Source: Neodothiora populina (lineage: Eukaryota). Taken from it: a DNA stretch of 64,000 bases. Shown here piece by piece: positions 50,920-61,622 of the stretch (its first letter is position 1; every line of letters starts with the position of its first letter). Both the position numbers and the translations under genes were made by a program. The notes under the pieces are model-generated. The model saw nothing but the letters and a program-made list of their open reading frames with translations. It ran no database searches and was not told the DNA's origin. The stretch spans positions 1,240,001 to 1,304,000 of the forward strand of contig NW_027191405.1 in NCBI RefSeq assembly GCF_041146345.1. The letters run 5' to 3'.

Positions 50920-52576
50920 TCAAGGAGCTTTACGCTTCTCTTCATCGCCATTCGGAGCGGAAGTCTGTAGCCCTCCATCGGCATCCTTGCCCTTCTCTTC
51001 CGTTTGTTCAGCTTCGAGAGTCTTGCGTCCCTCGAGCGCGGACGTGTAGGTGCCGTCGGCCTTATCCTCTTCTCCAAAGTCGTTGTCGTCAATGTCTTGT
51101 AGCCCATCCGGACCCGCTTTGTTGCTCTTGCTAAACTGCTCTTTGCTCTGCGGAACGTATGCGATAACCTTGCGGCCCGAGAAGCCACGGCCGTTGAAAG
51201 CCTCGGCGCATCGTGCGGCACTCTCGGGTTCCTTGAAACGGACGGTGACTACGCCACTGGGCTCGAGGTCGTAGAGAACGGTGTTTGTGACCTCGCCGTA
51301 ATTGGCGGCTTCGTCTCGGATGTCTTCCTTGATGTCGAGCAAGGACGCTGGATCCTCCTGACGATATTGTCAGCGTACAGCGCGGAACAGAAGGAAGAGA
51401 AGATGAAGGGTGACCTACCTCGAGCTCCTCCAGAGTAAACATGTGCTTAAGGACAACCATTTTATTATACTTTGTTGGGTTCGGTGGTGGATTCACAACG
51501 CTGATGTCGTCGTCATCCCAATCGGCGAGTCTTGCGTTCATCTCCTGCGTTTTCCTGATGGCCATCGCGCGGTCGTTCTTACTTCGCTTCTTCTTGATGC
51601 TCTCCAGCGAGACCTCCTTCTGTTGCGGCGCGTTCTTGTTCGCAGTCCAGTCGGCGAGTTCGACATGCATGTTGCCATCACTGCCGGTGCGGAAGTCGGA
51701 GTTGTCGAGCATTTGAATGACCAGAGGAACGGACTGTGGCTTGAAGTAGACTGTATGTCGTGGTTAGATCTTTCCATTGCCCCATGAGTAGTGGTTTGTC
51801 AAACGTACTGATCCGCGCATCACCCTTGAAATTACCGTCATCATCGGCATACATCTTGATCTTGGGCAGACCACTGTGAATGTCCTCCTCGATCAATCCG
51901 TATTTCTTGAAGACAGTGTTGATCTCGTCAAACTCGGCATCGAGCGGAATACCCGATACATAGATGGCAGTGTTGGGTCGTTCATTGGGCTCATTCTTGG
52001 CTCGTTTGTTGTCGCCTGCAGCCTGATGGATCGCAGAAACAAGGAGCAGGAGTCAGTCGAGTCCTTTTCTCGTTCCTTTTTCTATCATGTACAAAACAAA
52101 GTGGTTACCGCTCACCTTCAGTTCGGCTTTCCGCTTCTTGTTGTTCTCAGCGGCCGTGTTGGCTTCCTCGTCGACTCCGTCAACCTTGTACGCGCGCTGT
52201 TGCTGTTCGATGAGACTTTCATCCAGCTGTTTGTATCCGGTCAAGGCATTAGTGGGTTCCCCTTTTTCGAGACATGGTGAATTTGGTCTTGCATCATCTT
52301 GCTTGTTCTTGCTTTCATAGGGTATAAAATGGGAACGACGCGCAAGGACCGAAAGTCATCATTTCATACCAAAGGAACCCATTCTCCCACGCCGTCGTTC
52401 CATTCCCACTCGCTCCCGTCATCGTCTTCTAAGACGTGTTTTTGAGTATTTTTGTCGAAAATTACGCGGTCGTCGTCTTTGAAGTCTTCCACCGATCTTG
52501 GAAATGTCGCGCGCGCTCCTAACATGCCATCCTTCGGCGGCGGGATCCTTCCGTGGGGTCTGAGAGATTCTGCCAT
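50920..52576 (-). CDS. CUS2: U2 snRNP-associated splicing factor Cus2/Tat-SF1 (two RRMs), multi-exon
   Basis: Motifs NTAIYVSGIPLDA, KYGLIEED, PKIKMYADDDGNFKGDA, LADWDDDD, VVLKHMFTLEEL and LLDIKEDIRDEA...FNGRGFSGRKV. Several GT..AG introns. Confidence 0.9.
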
Positions 52577-54150
52577 ATTCTCTGGTGCGACGATAATAGT
52601 GGTTGTTATAGAGCTATAGATGAGAAAGTCATTCGAGTGAGTAAGAGATTCATGACTTCCACAATCAATATGACTTGGAGAAGGAAGGTACGGTGCACGA
52701 GCCATATCGTCATTGCACCTGCGTTTTGACAGGCTACTAATTACCGTACTAAGATTCTAGGACATGTCTAGGAAGGTATACCGAACTTGTAGCTGCTCTA
52801 CAACACCTTACCATAATATTGGCTGCACTTCTTTCTCATACAGTACATACATAGCGACAGTCCTGCGCGGACAGCGCCACTGCGTGGAGCCTTTCTTCTG
52901 GTACTCGAGCACATCCCTCTGGCACATATTGCATACCAAAAGCTAGCAAACAATATACACATGTTGACAATCATCCCTAAGCATAATATGTTGTCTTCTT
53001 CTATTCTTTCTCTTCAGCCTCGAGTACTCGCAGTTGCACATGCGACCGTGTCTGTGTGTATACTGATCAGATTGTTCTTCGCTCAGTGGTCCCTCGATCT
53101 CGCAGAAAGTAGTGCTAGAGACCGGATGTGAGAGAGTGGAGTCTACCCAGCAGCCTCGAGACGTGTGTATGGAAGAAGCGAAGTCGGCGACGGCGGGCTG
53201 ACTGCATCCTGCTGATGCTGTCCCAAGTCCACTTAGCCAGCCAAGGATGATGCGCGCGCGCGGCGGACAAATATTTCGGAACAAGACCAATTTCGTCCAA
53301 CTCAAGCTTTTCCCTCAAACTCACTCTTGTGAAGATCTTCAGATTAATGAAAAAGTGGCACTGGTCCGTTGAATTTGCGAGGCTTGTTGTTAACATTGAA
53401 TTATCACCTCCATATGATAAGCGAACATATTGCAGAACTAGATTGCTTCCCTCTCGCAAACCCACAGATTGCCGTCGCATATGACAATCTAAAAGCCGCA
53501 AGTTGATTTGGTAATCTCGGCCGACTTATGCACTTTGAACGTGGAGTCCGCTGTCAATTGCGCGGGGTCACATATTAATAGTGTGTGGGGTAGAGCAAGA
53601 GAGACAACGCGGGCAGATCCATCGAAGTGAATGTCATGCCAAAAGGAAACAACCAAAATACCGCGCTCAATAATGGTTCGATCCATCTTCAAAACGTCAC
53701 GACAACGAGCACTGGTACCTTCGGAGAATCTCGAGGGAATATCATCACGAATTGTATGCATAAACTCGAGTCTAGAGAGAGGCTTGTGGTCGCCAAGGTG
53801 AAGCTACCCTGCTGTCGTCACCAAGAAACTCTTTCAAGACTTTTAGTGCTTCCAAGTCCATCTTGTTTGTTTGAGACCCCTCGTTTTGGAGGCGCAGTCG
53901 ACATTGCTTCACGTGAGTTGCGCTGCTGTGTCACATTGGCAGAGCTTGTCTGTCATTTGGATGAAACATTAAGATACAGGATAAGGCATCGAATGTGACC
54001 TCATTTCGCTTGGTCTGGCCTGCGGTGCATCTTATGTTGAGTAGCAAGAAAGAGAAGGAAATGGTACGAGCAAACCTAGAGATCTACCAACAGCCATGCC
54101 GGCGGATTCTTGCTCGCCGTGATTCTCTACCTTATGCTAGATCAGACAGA

Positions 54151-54574
54151 TGCGGGGTGTGCACTTTTCGCGTTTCTGCAGGGATTCGACGAGTCGTAGG
54201 CCGTGGAATCAACGTGGGGTGCAGAATATCCCCAAGCCAGACATTAATCCTATCCAGAAAATAGTGAAGAACGTGGAGGGCCAAGATGCGGGGAGACGCC
54301 AGAAACGACTAACGGAAAAGCCACCAGAAGCTTGCGAGCACGACACCTAGTCTCCATTGGCCAACCACCCACGCAACAACCAATTCTTGGCCCTCATCTC
54401 GGCTCGCCGTCTCGAGAGTTACAGTGCTGCACCACTCGTCTTCCGGATCGTGCCCCACTCGTGACAATCGTTTTGTCCGGTCTTGATCTGCGGCAACGTG
54501 ATTCGGGAAAGGGAGGTTTGGTTCCTGAGGGACCAGCTTTGGAGATCTCTCTTGGTAGAAGGGTATATATAAGC
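54151..54574 (+). promoter_or_regulatory. Tannase promoter: candidate CreA-type SYGGRG sites and TATA box
   Basis: GCGGGG (about 54152 and 54288), GTGGGG (about 54214) and TATATAA (about 54566) upstream of a secreted esterase. Function is inferred. Confidence 0.35.
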
Positions 54575-54733
54575 CATGGAGACCACGTAAGTATGTTTTT
54601 GTATTCTTGAGTGGATAGACAAGGAAAAGAAGAACAGGAAAGGGGGAAACAGATACCTCTCTTCTTCCATCTTTACCCCAATCATCACATATCAACACAA
54701 GTACGTCATTGTGTTTGGGACCAATCGCTCACG

Positions 54734-56350
54734 ATGCGTTCCAGGAACAACATCTTGGCGGCCCTGCAATGGCCTGTCTTGTTTAGCAACCTCATTAAAG
54801 GAGGCCAGGTTCAAGCCCAGAACTGCTCGTCTGCAGCCATCACGGCTCCCACGCTATATGGAGCCGAGATCCTTAGCATCGATGCTGTTCCCTTGACAGA
54901 CTTTGCTCAGCCCATCTTGCAGCCAGAGAACTCATGGTTCCCTGTCAACGTTACCGGACTAGATGCTTGCAATGTAACTATAACATACACTCACCCCGGC
55001 TACAATGATACCATCCACGCCTACTACCTATTACCGGCGAATTGGAACGGCCGTTACATGAGCAATGGTGGTGGTGGCTATGTCACCGGTGGTGATTTGA
55101 CAGGCCTTGCGTTGTCCGCAGGCCATGGCTATGCCGCTGGCGGTACAGATGGTGGCCACTCGGCAACTGCCAACACTTCATCCTGGGGTCTCAGCTCACC
55201 AGGAAATGTCAACTGGTTCTTGCTCCAAGACTTTGCCTCGGTCTCGCTCGCCGATGCAGCCATCATGGGAAAGCAACTCGCCGAGTCCTACTACGGCACT
55301 GCGCCCGAGTACTCCTACTGGGCTGGATGCTCGACAGGTGGTCGCCAAGGATACATGATGGCTCAGCGCTACCCCGAGATATTCGACGGCATCCTCGCCG
55401 TGGCGCCGGCCATCAACTGGCACAAGTTCCTTATGGGAGAGTACTACCCACAGCTTGTCATGAACCTGCTCGGTTACTACCCTAGCGCGTGCGAGTTCAG
55501 CGCCATTGTTAATGCGACCCTCGCCGCGTGCGACAACCTCGACGGCGTTGTCGATGGCATCATCTCCCGCCCAGACATCTGCACCTTCAATATCTCCTCC
55601 GTAGCAGGCAAGCAAGTGACCTGCCCCGACGGCAGCTCCACCACTGTCTCCTCGGCCGCCGTCAAGGTCGCCAAAGCAACCTACGAGGGCGCCAGATCCA
55701 GCTCGGGCAAATTCCTCTGGTACGGCCTCGAGATCGGCTCTCCCCTGGTCCCCCTCGCCGGCACGACGTGCAGCAACGGCAACACAAACTGCACCTCCGT
55801 CGGCGGCTTTCCCATCCCCCCAGACTGGATCCGCACCTTCGTGCTCGCCAACACAAGCTACGACGTGACAAGCATGAGCCACGCAGACTACGACCGCGTC
55901 TTCCACAACTCCGTGCAGCGCTTCGCCTCCATCATCGGCACCGACGACCCGGACCTCTCCGAATACCGCGCCAGCGGCGGCAAGCTGCTCACCTGGCACG
56001 GGCTGTCGGACCAGCTCATCCCGCCCGCCGGCACCAGAGACTACTACTCACGCGTGAAGCAGCTCGACCCCAACGTCGCAGACTTCTACCGCATCTTCGA
56101 AGCCCCCGGCGTGCAGCACTGCGGCGGTGGCGCTGGCGCTTACCCGGGCTATACCCTCGACGCGCTCGTTGCGTGGGTGGAGAACGGCACCGCGCCTGCT
56201 ACGCTCAAGGCGGCCGGCGTGACTACTGACGGCGCGCCCACGACGGCTCTGCTGTGCCAGTATCCGCTCGTTAACGTCTACATGGGCGGCGACGTCAATG
56301 CTGCGGCTTCGTACAAGTGCGTCAAGAGGACTTCGTCGAGGCATCAGTAG
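54734..56350 (+). CDS. Secreted tannase / feruloyl esterase family protein
   Basis: Signal-like N-terminus from ATG 54734. Motifs WNGRYMSNGGGG, TDGGH, SYWAGCSTGGRQG (catalytic Ser), FDGILAVAPA, GGKLLTWHGLSDQLI and APGVQHCGGG. Confidence 0.95.
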   Translation: MRSRNNILAALQWPVLFSNLIKGGQVQAQNCSSAAITAPTLYGAEILSIDAVPLTDFAQPILQPENSWFPVNVTGLDACNVTITYTHPGYNDTIHAYYLLPANWNGRYMSNGGGGYVTGGDLTGLALSAGHGYAAGGTDGGHSATANTSSWGLSSPGNVNWFLLQDFASVSLADAAIMGKQLAESYYGTAPEYSYWAGCSTGGRQGYMMAQRYPEIFDGILAVAPAINWHKFLMGEYYPQLVMNLLGYYPSACEFSAIVNATLAACDNLDGVVDGIISRPDICTFNISSVAGKQVTCPDGSSTTVSSAAVKVAKATYEGARSSSGKFLWYGLEIGSPLVPLAGTTCSNGNTNCTSVGGFPIPPDWIRTFVLANTSYDVTSMSHADYDRVFHNSVQRFASIIGTDDPDLSEYRASGGKLLTWHGLSDQLIPPAGTRDYYSRVKQLDPNVADFYRIFEAPGVQHCGGGAGAYPGYTLDALVAWVENGTAPATLKAAGVTTDGAPTTALLCQYPLVNVYMGGDVNAAASYKCVKRTSSRHQ

Positions 56351-57272
56351 AGTTGGGAGGACCGGACAGGCAGAGAGAGAGAGAGAGGATTGAGATTGAC
56401 GCGAACGGAAAAAGGGGGCGAAAAATGGTTTGATTCGCTTCTTGTGTGCTACATAATTGTTCATAATCAAAAGAATTGAAGCCTCGATCTTTATCCACTC
56501 CACCTCAGCAGCCTGACATTGTAAAAGCGCATCGCTTGACCATGTATCTATCCGTGCCATTTCGAATGACACTTGTAAGAAAAAGGGGACTGAAACTCTT
56601 GGATTGCCACTTCGTGATCTGCACTCTGTGATTTGAACTCTTGATTCTTTATTCTTCACTCTTGACTATCTGTTATTCTTCTCGACGTCTCATTCTCTCA
56701 TCCTTACAAAACCATCACAGCAAGTCACGCTCTCGTCCGGCATCAACACAAATGAAGAAACCCCCGCACCACAATCATGATACTCAGCCGACGATGCTCT
56801 CCTCCTGTCGGACTCCACACCGGACGCTCCTCCTTCCTCGGCGACGACTACTGCGCTACCATCACCAACCGCAGAGTAGGCGTCTGATGCGCTGGCAACA
56901 GAGGCGCAGCAAGTGACGAGCGGAACACCCGACTCGGCAGAGACGGCTCTGACGATGCCTGTCGGCGGCAGGGTGAGTGGTGCTGCTAGACCCGACTCGG
57001 AGAACGAGACGCGGCATGTTCTCGGTGGCGGTTGTGGCTGGTCTGGACTAGAAGAAGAAGAGTTCGTTCGTTGGCCTCGTCGTTCTCTGGGCTGTGTGTT
57101 GTGCCTGGCGTGTCTTTATCGCCGGCTGCAGGGGTCGGAAAACAGACGTGTGGCTTCTGGAGCGCGATAGGATCTTGGCTCTGTATTGCCTTACATGGCT
57201 CGCGACACTGCCGCAGCTGTCGCCACCGCCGTCGCAGCTTTCTTCGGGGATGTCTTGGTCAAACTGGATATC

Positions 57273-60200
57273 CTATCCCGTGCTTGAACCTTGTCGCGAA
57301 CTGACACTCCCGTATGCGCTCCCGCTGGAACTCAGACTTCCGTTCTCGCTGGCTGGTGTCTGCGGGGTGCCGGGCTCGAGAGAGAGTTGCGATCTCAGCT
57401 GCATGATCCAGTCGTGTTGTAGCAGCTCTGCAGCAGAGATTCTGGTGGCCGGGTTGCGTTCGAAGCATCTTTGCAAAAAGTCCAATCCCATCTCCGAAAG
57501 TTGATCGGGAGATGGCATCTGAGGCGGGTTACCTTGAGCAATGTTGAACATGATGGCCCACTCGTTGTCGAGAGAGGCCCACGGTCGGCGGCCTGTGGCC
57601 ATCTCGAGGATGACACAACCCAAGGACCAGATGTCGGCGGCACCGTGTCGAGACGTTGCCATGGATCCGCCCTTGATGACTTCGGGTGACATGTACATGG
57701 GCGTTCCGGTCATGCTACCTTGTCCGGTGTTTCGTCCCGTGGGATCGGCGACCAAGGTCTTGCCTTGCTTGGCGATGACTTTGGCGGCGCCGAAATCAAC
57801 ATATTTGATCACGCCCATATGGTCCAGCAGGATGTTGTCGGGCTTGATGTCGCGATGGACGACACCTGCGTCGTGGAGGTATGCCAGACCCTCGAGCATT
57901 TGCAGAGCGTAAACTTGAATCACAGTCTCGTCTTCGATGCGACCGTGCTCCAGCAATCCCGCCAGAGAGCCGCCGCTGCAGTACTCCATGAAGATATATA
58001 CCTTGTCTCTGTGGGGCTCTATGCCGTAATACGAAACGACGTTGGGGTGATCGAGGACTTGTAAGACGCCCATCTCGTCGCGGATTTGTGAGACAATGGT
58101 CGGGATAAGTTGTGGATCCTGCAGACGAATTTCCTTGACCGCCATGAGTTGACCAGAGTCGAGGTTGATGGCTGCATACACGGACCCGAAAGTGCCACCA
58201 CCGACGTACTGTCCCTGCTGCCATCGGAGAACGACATTTCCGGCAGAGGCAGAAAGATAGGTCAGGGCGCGATCGGCTTCGTTGGAGTCCTCCAGCACTC
58301 GTCCGAGGGCTTGTCGTTCGGCCTCGCGTTCTTTCCGGTAATCGTCGATGGCGCGAAGCTGATCCAGCCACTGCTCCCGGACAAGCGCAGAAGACTCTTC
58401 GTCGTCCTTGAGTCTGCTCACGTCGAGTCTCAGCTTGCCGGCCATGGCGTCCAGTCTCTGTTTCTCCGCCTGTGCGGCGACGTTGGATCGAGCGCCCATG
58501 ATGTCAAAGTGACTGATGAGCAAAGACATGCACCCTGCAACTTTGGCGCGAAGCTTGGCGTATTCGGCTTCGCTGATGGACAGGATGTTCTGTCCTCGGG
58601 TCATGACCATGGCAAATTCGAGGGCGACGACGGCCCATCTGAAAGTCTTTCTGTCCGAAGCGACGCAATCATCGCACACGAAACTGACCCAGTCCAAAGC
58701 GAGTCTCGTCATTTTAAGGTTATGATAAGCGCGACGATTAGGATCCATGTAGAGAATGGAGCGTTGTCCGAACTCGGTGGCGAATGCGAAACATGTCTGG
58801 ATCAGCTCCTGAGTCTGGAGACCATGCGTCTGACGTCTGACAATCTCGACGCTGTCCATGATGGTGTTGGACAGCTTGTAAGCAGTACGCTTGATTTTCT
58901 GCAGCTCAGTGTTGACACGCGAGAGATTCGCCCGCTGCGGTGTGATGACGCTCAGATCCATGGCAATGCCGGTGGTGAAGGAGATGTTGGCGTTTATGAG
59001 ACGTTGCTGCGAACCATCGGCCACAATGCGCATGTAGCCGGTCTTGATATCAAAGTAGGGTGCCTTGAAGCCAGTCTTTTCCATGACGGGGCCGTCCCAG
59101 TACAGCGTGTTCTCAGGCTTGAGAATCAGGACATACGGGTTCGAGGGGTCCTCTGGTGTTTCTTCGGCGTGGTAGCAGATTCCCAGCAAAGACTCGACAT
59201 CTCTCGGGCGATCGTGCAGGGCAGGCGAAGCGATGATGTAGGTGTTGTTATTGTTACCACCGTTGCTGCTGCTGCTGCTGCTGCTGGTCTTGCTGTCCGT
59301 GGACGGATCGGTCTCGACGAGGAAATGACCGGAGAGGACGAGAGCATCGATCAGGTCGCGGAACTGGTGAGGGTCCATGTTGATGCTGTACTCGGTGGCA
59401 TTCTCGAAGCGTTGAGTCAGCATCCTGGAAAAACGGAAGATCTTTCGCTGTCGCACACGGACGGAGTCGAGGATGTTCTTGTAGCGCTTGTCCATTTCTG
59501 CTCCGGCGACTTCGTCGGGTCTCTTCTGTAGCTCTTTCTCAAAGTGAACGGTGAGTCGAGACAGCGAGCGTGAAGTGAGAGAACTGAACTGCTCGGCAAC
59601 CTCGACGTCGCCCCCCTCGAGATGTCGCCCCAGCTCGTTGCAGAAGCCCCACTCCTGCTCCAGGATCTCGGCCTCCTTGAAGGTGTTCTTGTTGGCCGAC
59701 AGCTTCCAGTTGAGCATCTTGAAGTAGAAGCGCACGGCTTCGAGGACGATTCTGTCAAAGGCCTCGTCGATGCAGGGAGGCAAGTCCCAGCCGGGCTCGG
59801 GTTGTGCGGCGAGCAGATATGCCTCCTTGACGCGGACGGCGAGCTTGAGCAGGATCTGGAATTGCAGAATCATCTGCTCGGCCATCATGACGCCCTGCTG
59901 GGCAGGATCGCGCATGCGCTTGGCGTAGCCCAGACGCACCTTGATGATCTCCTGCACGAGACGAGAGGGGAAGTTGATCAGGGTCAGCAGCTCTTCGATG
60001 TACGGCGGCAGATGTCTGTCGGCGAAAGCCTCGGCGTTGGCGATGAGGGTGGCCTTGGCCTTGTCGATGACGGTGTTGATGACGTGGAACAGACCGTTCG
60101 GCTTGCCGTTCTCCTTCTTCGACTTGTCCTCGTCGAACAGAGACTTGAGCCCGTCCTCCTTGAGTATGCGGTCGATGAAGGTGGACTCGTCGATGATGCC

Positions 60201-61622
60201 GCTGTTGTGCTCGCTCGAGGTCCGAGTGCGCGGCTTTGTGAAGTCGAGCTCGTTGTTGCCCACCCAGGACTGCAGGATGCTGAGCTCCGTGTTGATGAGC
60301 TCCGTCGTGTTGTGCCAGGAGAGCACGGCGTCGCAGCTGTCGCGGTAAGGCTGCGAGGCTCCGCGGGGGTTGGCTGCCTCAAAGGCCTGACGCGTGGGAT
60401 AGAGACCCTCGATCTTCTCGATTTTGCTCACGACGTCTCGCACCTGCTCCAGCGGCGGCTTTCCCACCTCGACCTCGCCCTTGATCTCGAAGGCGATGAT
60501 GTCCTCGATGGTCTTCTTGATCTTGCTGCGTCCGTCGTCGATCATCCTGCGCTGGGCGGCCATGGAGCGGCCGCAGACTTTGGCGCGGATTCCCACCCAG
60601 ACTTCGGTCCACAGCGTGTTGTCGCCCTGTTGCTCGGCGCCTCCGATCAAGCGCTTCTTCTCTTGTTTGACCACGTCTCCCGTCAGCACGTTGGCCAGCA
60701 TCGAGTGCCACTCCAATCGTTCTCTGTTCTCGGGGATCTTGAGCTCTTCGAGCGACGGCTGCATGTCGTCGTTGCCGTACCACAACAGCGTCTCCTGGTC
60801 GTACGGGTCGTTCTCCACGTACTCTTTGGCGCCGGGTGACTCGCTGCCATCGAGGTCGTCCGAGTCGTCGCTGTAGGCCAGCCCGGGCGTCTGAACCTCG
60901 GGGAAGAAATCGGCATCGGCGGGCGCGTCTTGTCTGATGCGCTGCACGTAGGCCTTCTCTTGCGCGCGATACTCGGCGTTGGGATTCCGTCGCGTCCTGT
61001 GTGTCGATGTGTTGCGCCCTCTCTCTCTTTCTCGCGCCTGCGTGGTGTTGAACGAGTACTGGTGCGGTCGTCGAGCGGGGTTGTAGGCGTTGCTGGGCTG
61101 GCGCACCGCACTGGGTCTCGTGCTGACGGCGGCACTCGAGGCAGCGGCGGCGGGCGGCGGAGGCCTCGTGCCCTGAAGGCCGTTGGTCATGAGTTGTGGA
61201 GGATGCGGGTATTCCGGGCCGCCTGTGCCATTCGGACCTGCCCCTGCTCCCGCTCCCGCTCCTGCTCCTGCTCCTGCTCCTGCTCCTCCTCTTGTGCGCG
61301 GCATGTTTGCCTGGGACCAGCCGTAGCCTCCTCCGGGCATCATGGGCGAGTGGGAAGGATCCGGGGTGCCACCGATGCCGTTGATGCCATCCGACATTTG
61401 CGGATAGGATTGCAACGACTGCACGGCGCCAAAGTCGTGCTCGTCGAAGCCGGCGTCGCCCCCGCCTGGAGCTCTCGTGTCGTCTGGCACGTCTGCATCA
61501 GAGCCCGCGCCTCTCGCGGTATCGTCGCCGTCCGTGTTGTATTCTTCAGAGCTCGCCGTGACGTCTGTCTCGGAGGAGTCGACAGTGGCCATCTCCGGTC
61601 GTTGGACGCCGTGGCCCTCCAT
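57273..61622 (-). CDS. SSK2: HOG-pathway MAP kinase kinase kinase Ssk2 (N-terminus probably extends to 62355, see findings)
   Basis: Motifs NRERLEWHSMLANVLTGDVVKQEKKRL, DRKTFRWAVVALEFAM and kinase domain WQQGQYVGGGTFGSVY..MAVKEI..HRDIKPDN..DFGAA..GTPMYMSPE. Intronless, 1449 aa. Confidence 0.96.
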   Translation of the reverse strand: MEGHGVQRPEMATVDSSETDVTASSEEYNTDGDDTARGAGSDADVPDDTRAPGGGDAGFDEHDFGAVQSLQSYPQMSDGINGIGGTPDPSHSPMMPGGGYGWSQANMPRTRGGAGAGAGAGAGAGAGAGPNGTGGPEYPHPPQLMTNGLQGTRPPPPAAAASSAAVSTRPSAVRQPSNAYNPARRPHQYSFNTTQARERERGRNTSTHRTRRNPNAEYRAQEKAYVQRIRQDAPADADFFPEVQTPGLAYSDDSDDLDGSESPGAKEYVENDPYDQETLLWYGNDDMQPSLEELKIPENRERLEWHSMLANVLTGDVVKQEKKRLIGGAEQQGDNTLWTEVWVGIRAKVCGRSMAAQRRMIDDGRSKIKKTIEDIIAFEIKGEVEVGKPPLEQVRDVVSKIEKIEGLYPTRQAFEAANPRGASQPYRDSCDAVLSWHNTTELINTELSILQSWVGNNELDFTKPRTRTSSEHNSGIIDESTFIDRILKEDGLKSLFDEDKSKKENGKPNGLFHVINTVIDKAKATLIANAEAFADRHLPPYIEELLTLINFPSRLVQEIIKVRLGYAKRMRDPAQQGVMMAEQMILQFQILLKLAVRVKEAYLLAAQPEPGWDLPPCIDEAFDRIVLEAVRFYFKMLNWKLSANKNTFKEAEILEQEWGFCNELGRHLEGGDVEVAEQFSSLTSRSLSRLTVHFEKELQKRPDEVAGAEMDKRYKNILDSVRVRQRKIFRFSRMLTQRFENATEYSINMDPHQFRDLIDALVLSGHFLVETDPSTDSKTSSSSSSSNGGNNNNTYIIASPALHDRPRDVESLLGICYHAEETPEDPSNPYVLILKPENTLYWDGPVMEKTGFKAPYFDIKTGYMRIVADGSQQRLINANISFTTGIAMDLSVITPQRANLSRVNTELQKIKRTAYKLSNTIMDSVEIVRRQTHGLQTQELIQTCFAFATEFGQRSILYMDPNRRAYHNLKMTRLALDWVSFVCDDCVASDRKTFRWAVVALEFAMVMTRGQNILSISEAEYAKLRAKVAGCMSLLISHFDIMGARSNVAAQAEKQRLDAMAGKLRLDVSRLKDDEESSALVREQWLDQLRAIDDYRKEREAERQALGRVLEDSNEADRALTYLSASAGNVVLRWQQGQYVGGGTFGSVYAAINLDSGQLMAVKEIRLQDPQLIPTIVSQIRDEMGVLQVLDHPNVVSYYGIEPHRDKVYIFMEYCSGGSLAGLLEHGRIEDETVIQVYALQMLEGLAYLHDAGVVHRDIKPDNILLDHMGVIKYVDFGAAKVIAKQGKTLVADPTGRNTGQGSMTGTPMYMSPEVIKGGSMATSRHGAADIWSLGCVILEMATGRRPWASLDNEWAIMFNIAQGNPPQMPSPDQLSEMGLDFLQRCFERNPATRISAAELLQHDWIMQLRSQLSLEPGTPQTPASENGSLSSSGSAYGSVSSRQGSSTG
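61240..61288. repeat. Hexanucleotide repeat encoding a (Gly-Ala)n tract in Ssk2
   Basis: CCTGCT/CCCGCT tandem units, translating as GGAGAGAGAGAGAGAG. Confidence 0.85.

Noticed and set aside
52700..54100. Short ORFs and hydrophobic fragments between CUS2 and tannase (possible gene relic)
   Set aside because: They are interrupted by stops, give no consistent gene model and show no recognisable family.
58110..60839. Long plus-strand ORFs (473 aa, 405 aa) antisense to SSK2, and similar shadows over SEC26, the glucosidase and the tannase
   Set aside because: They are antisense shadows caused by high GC3 codon bias and have no domain features.
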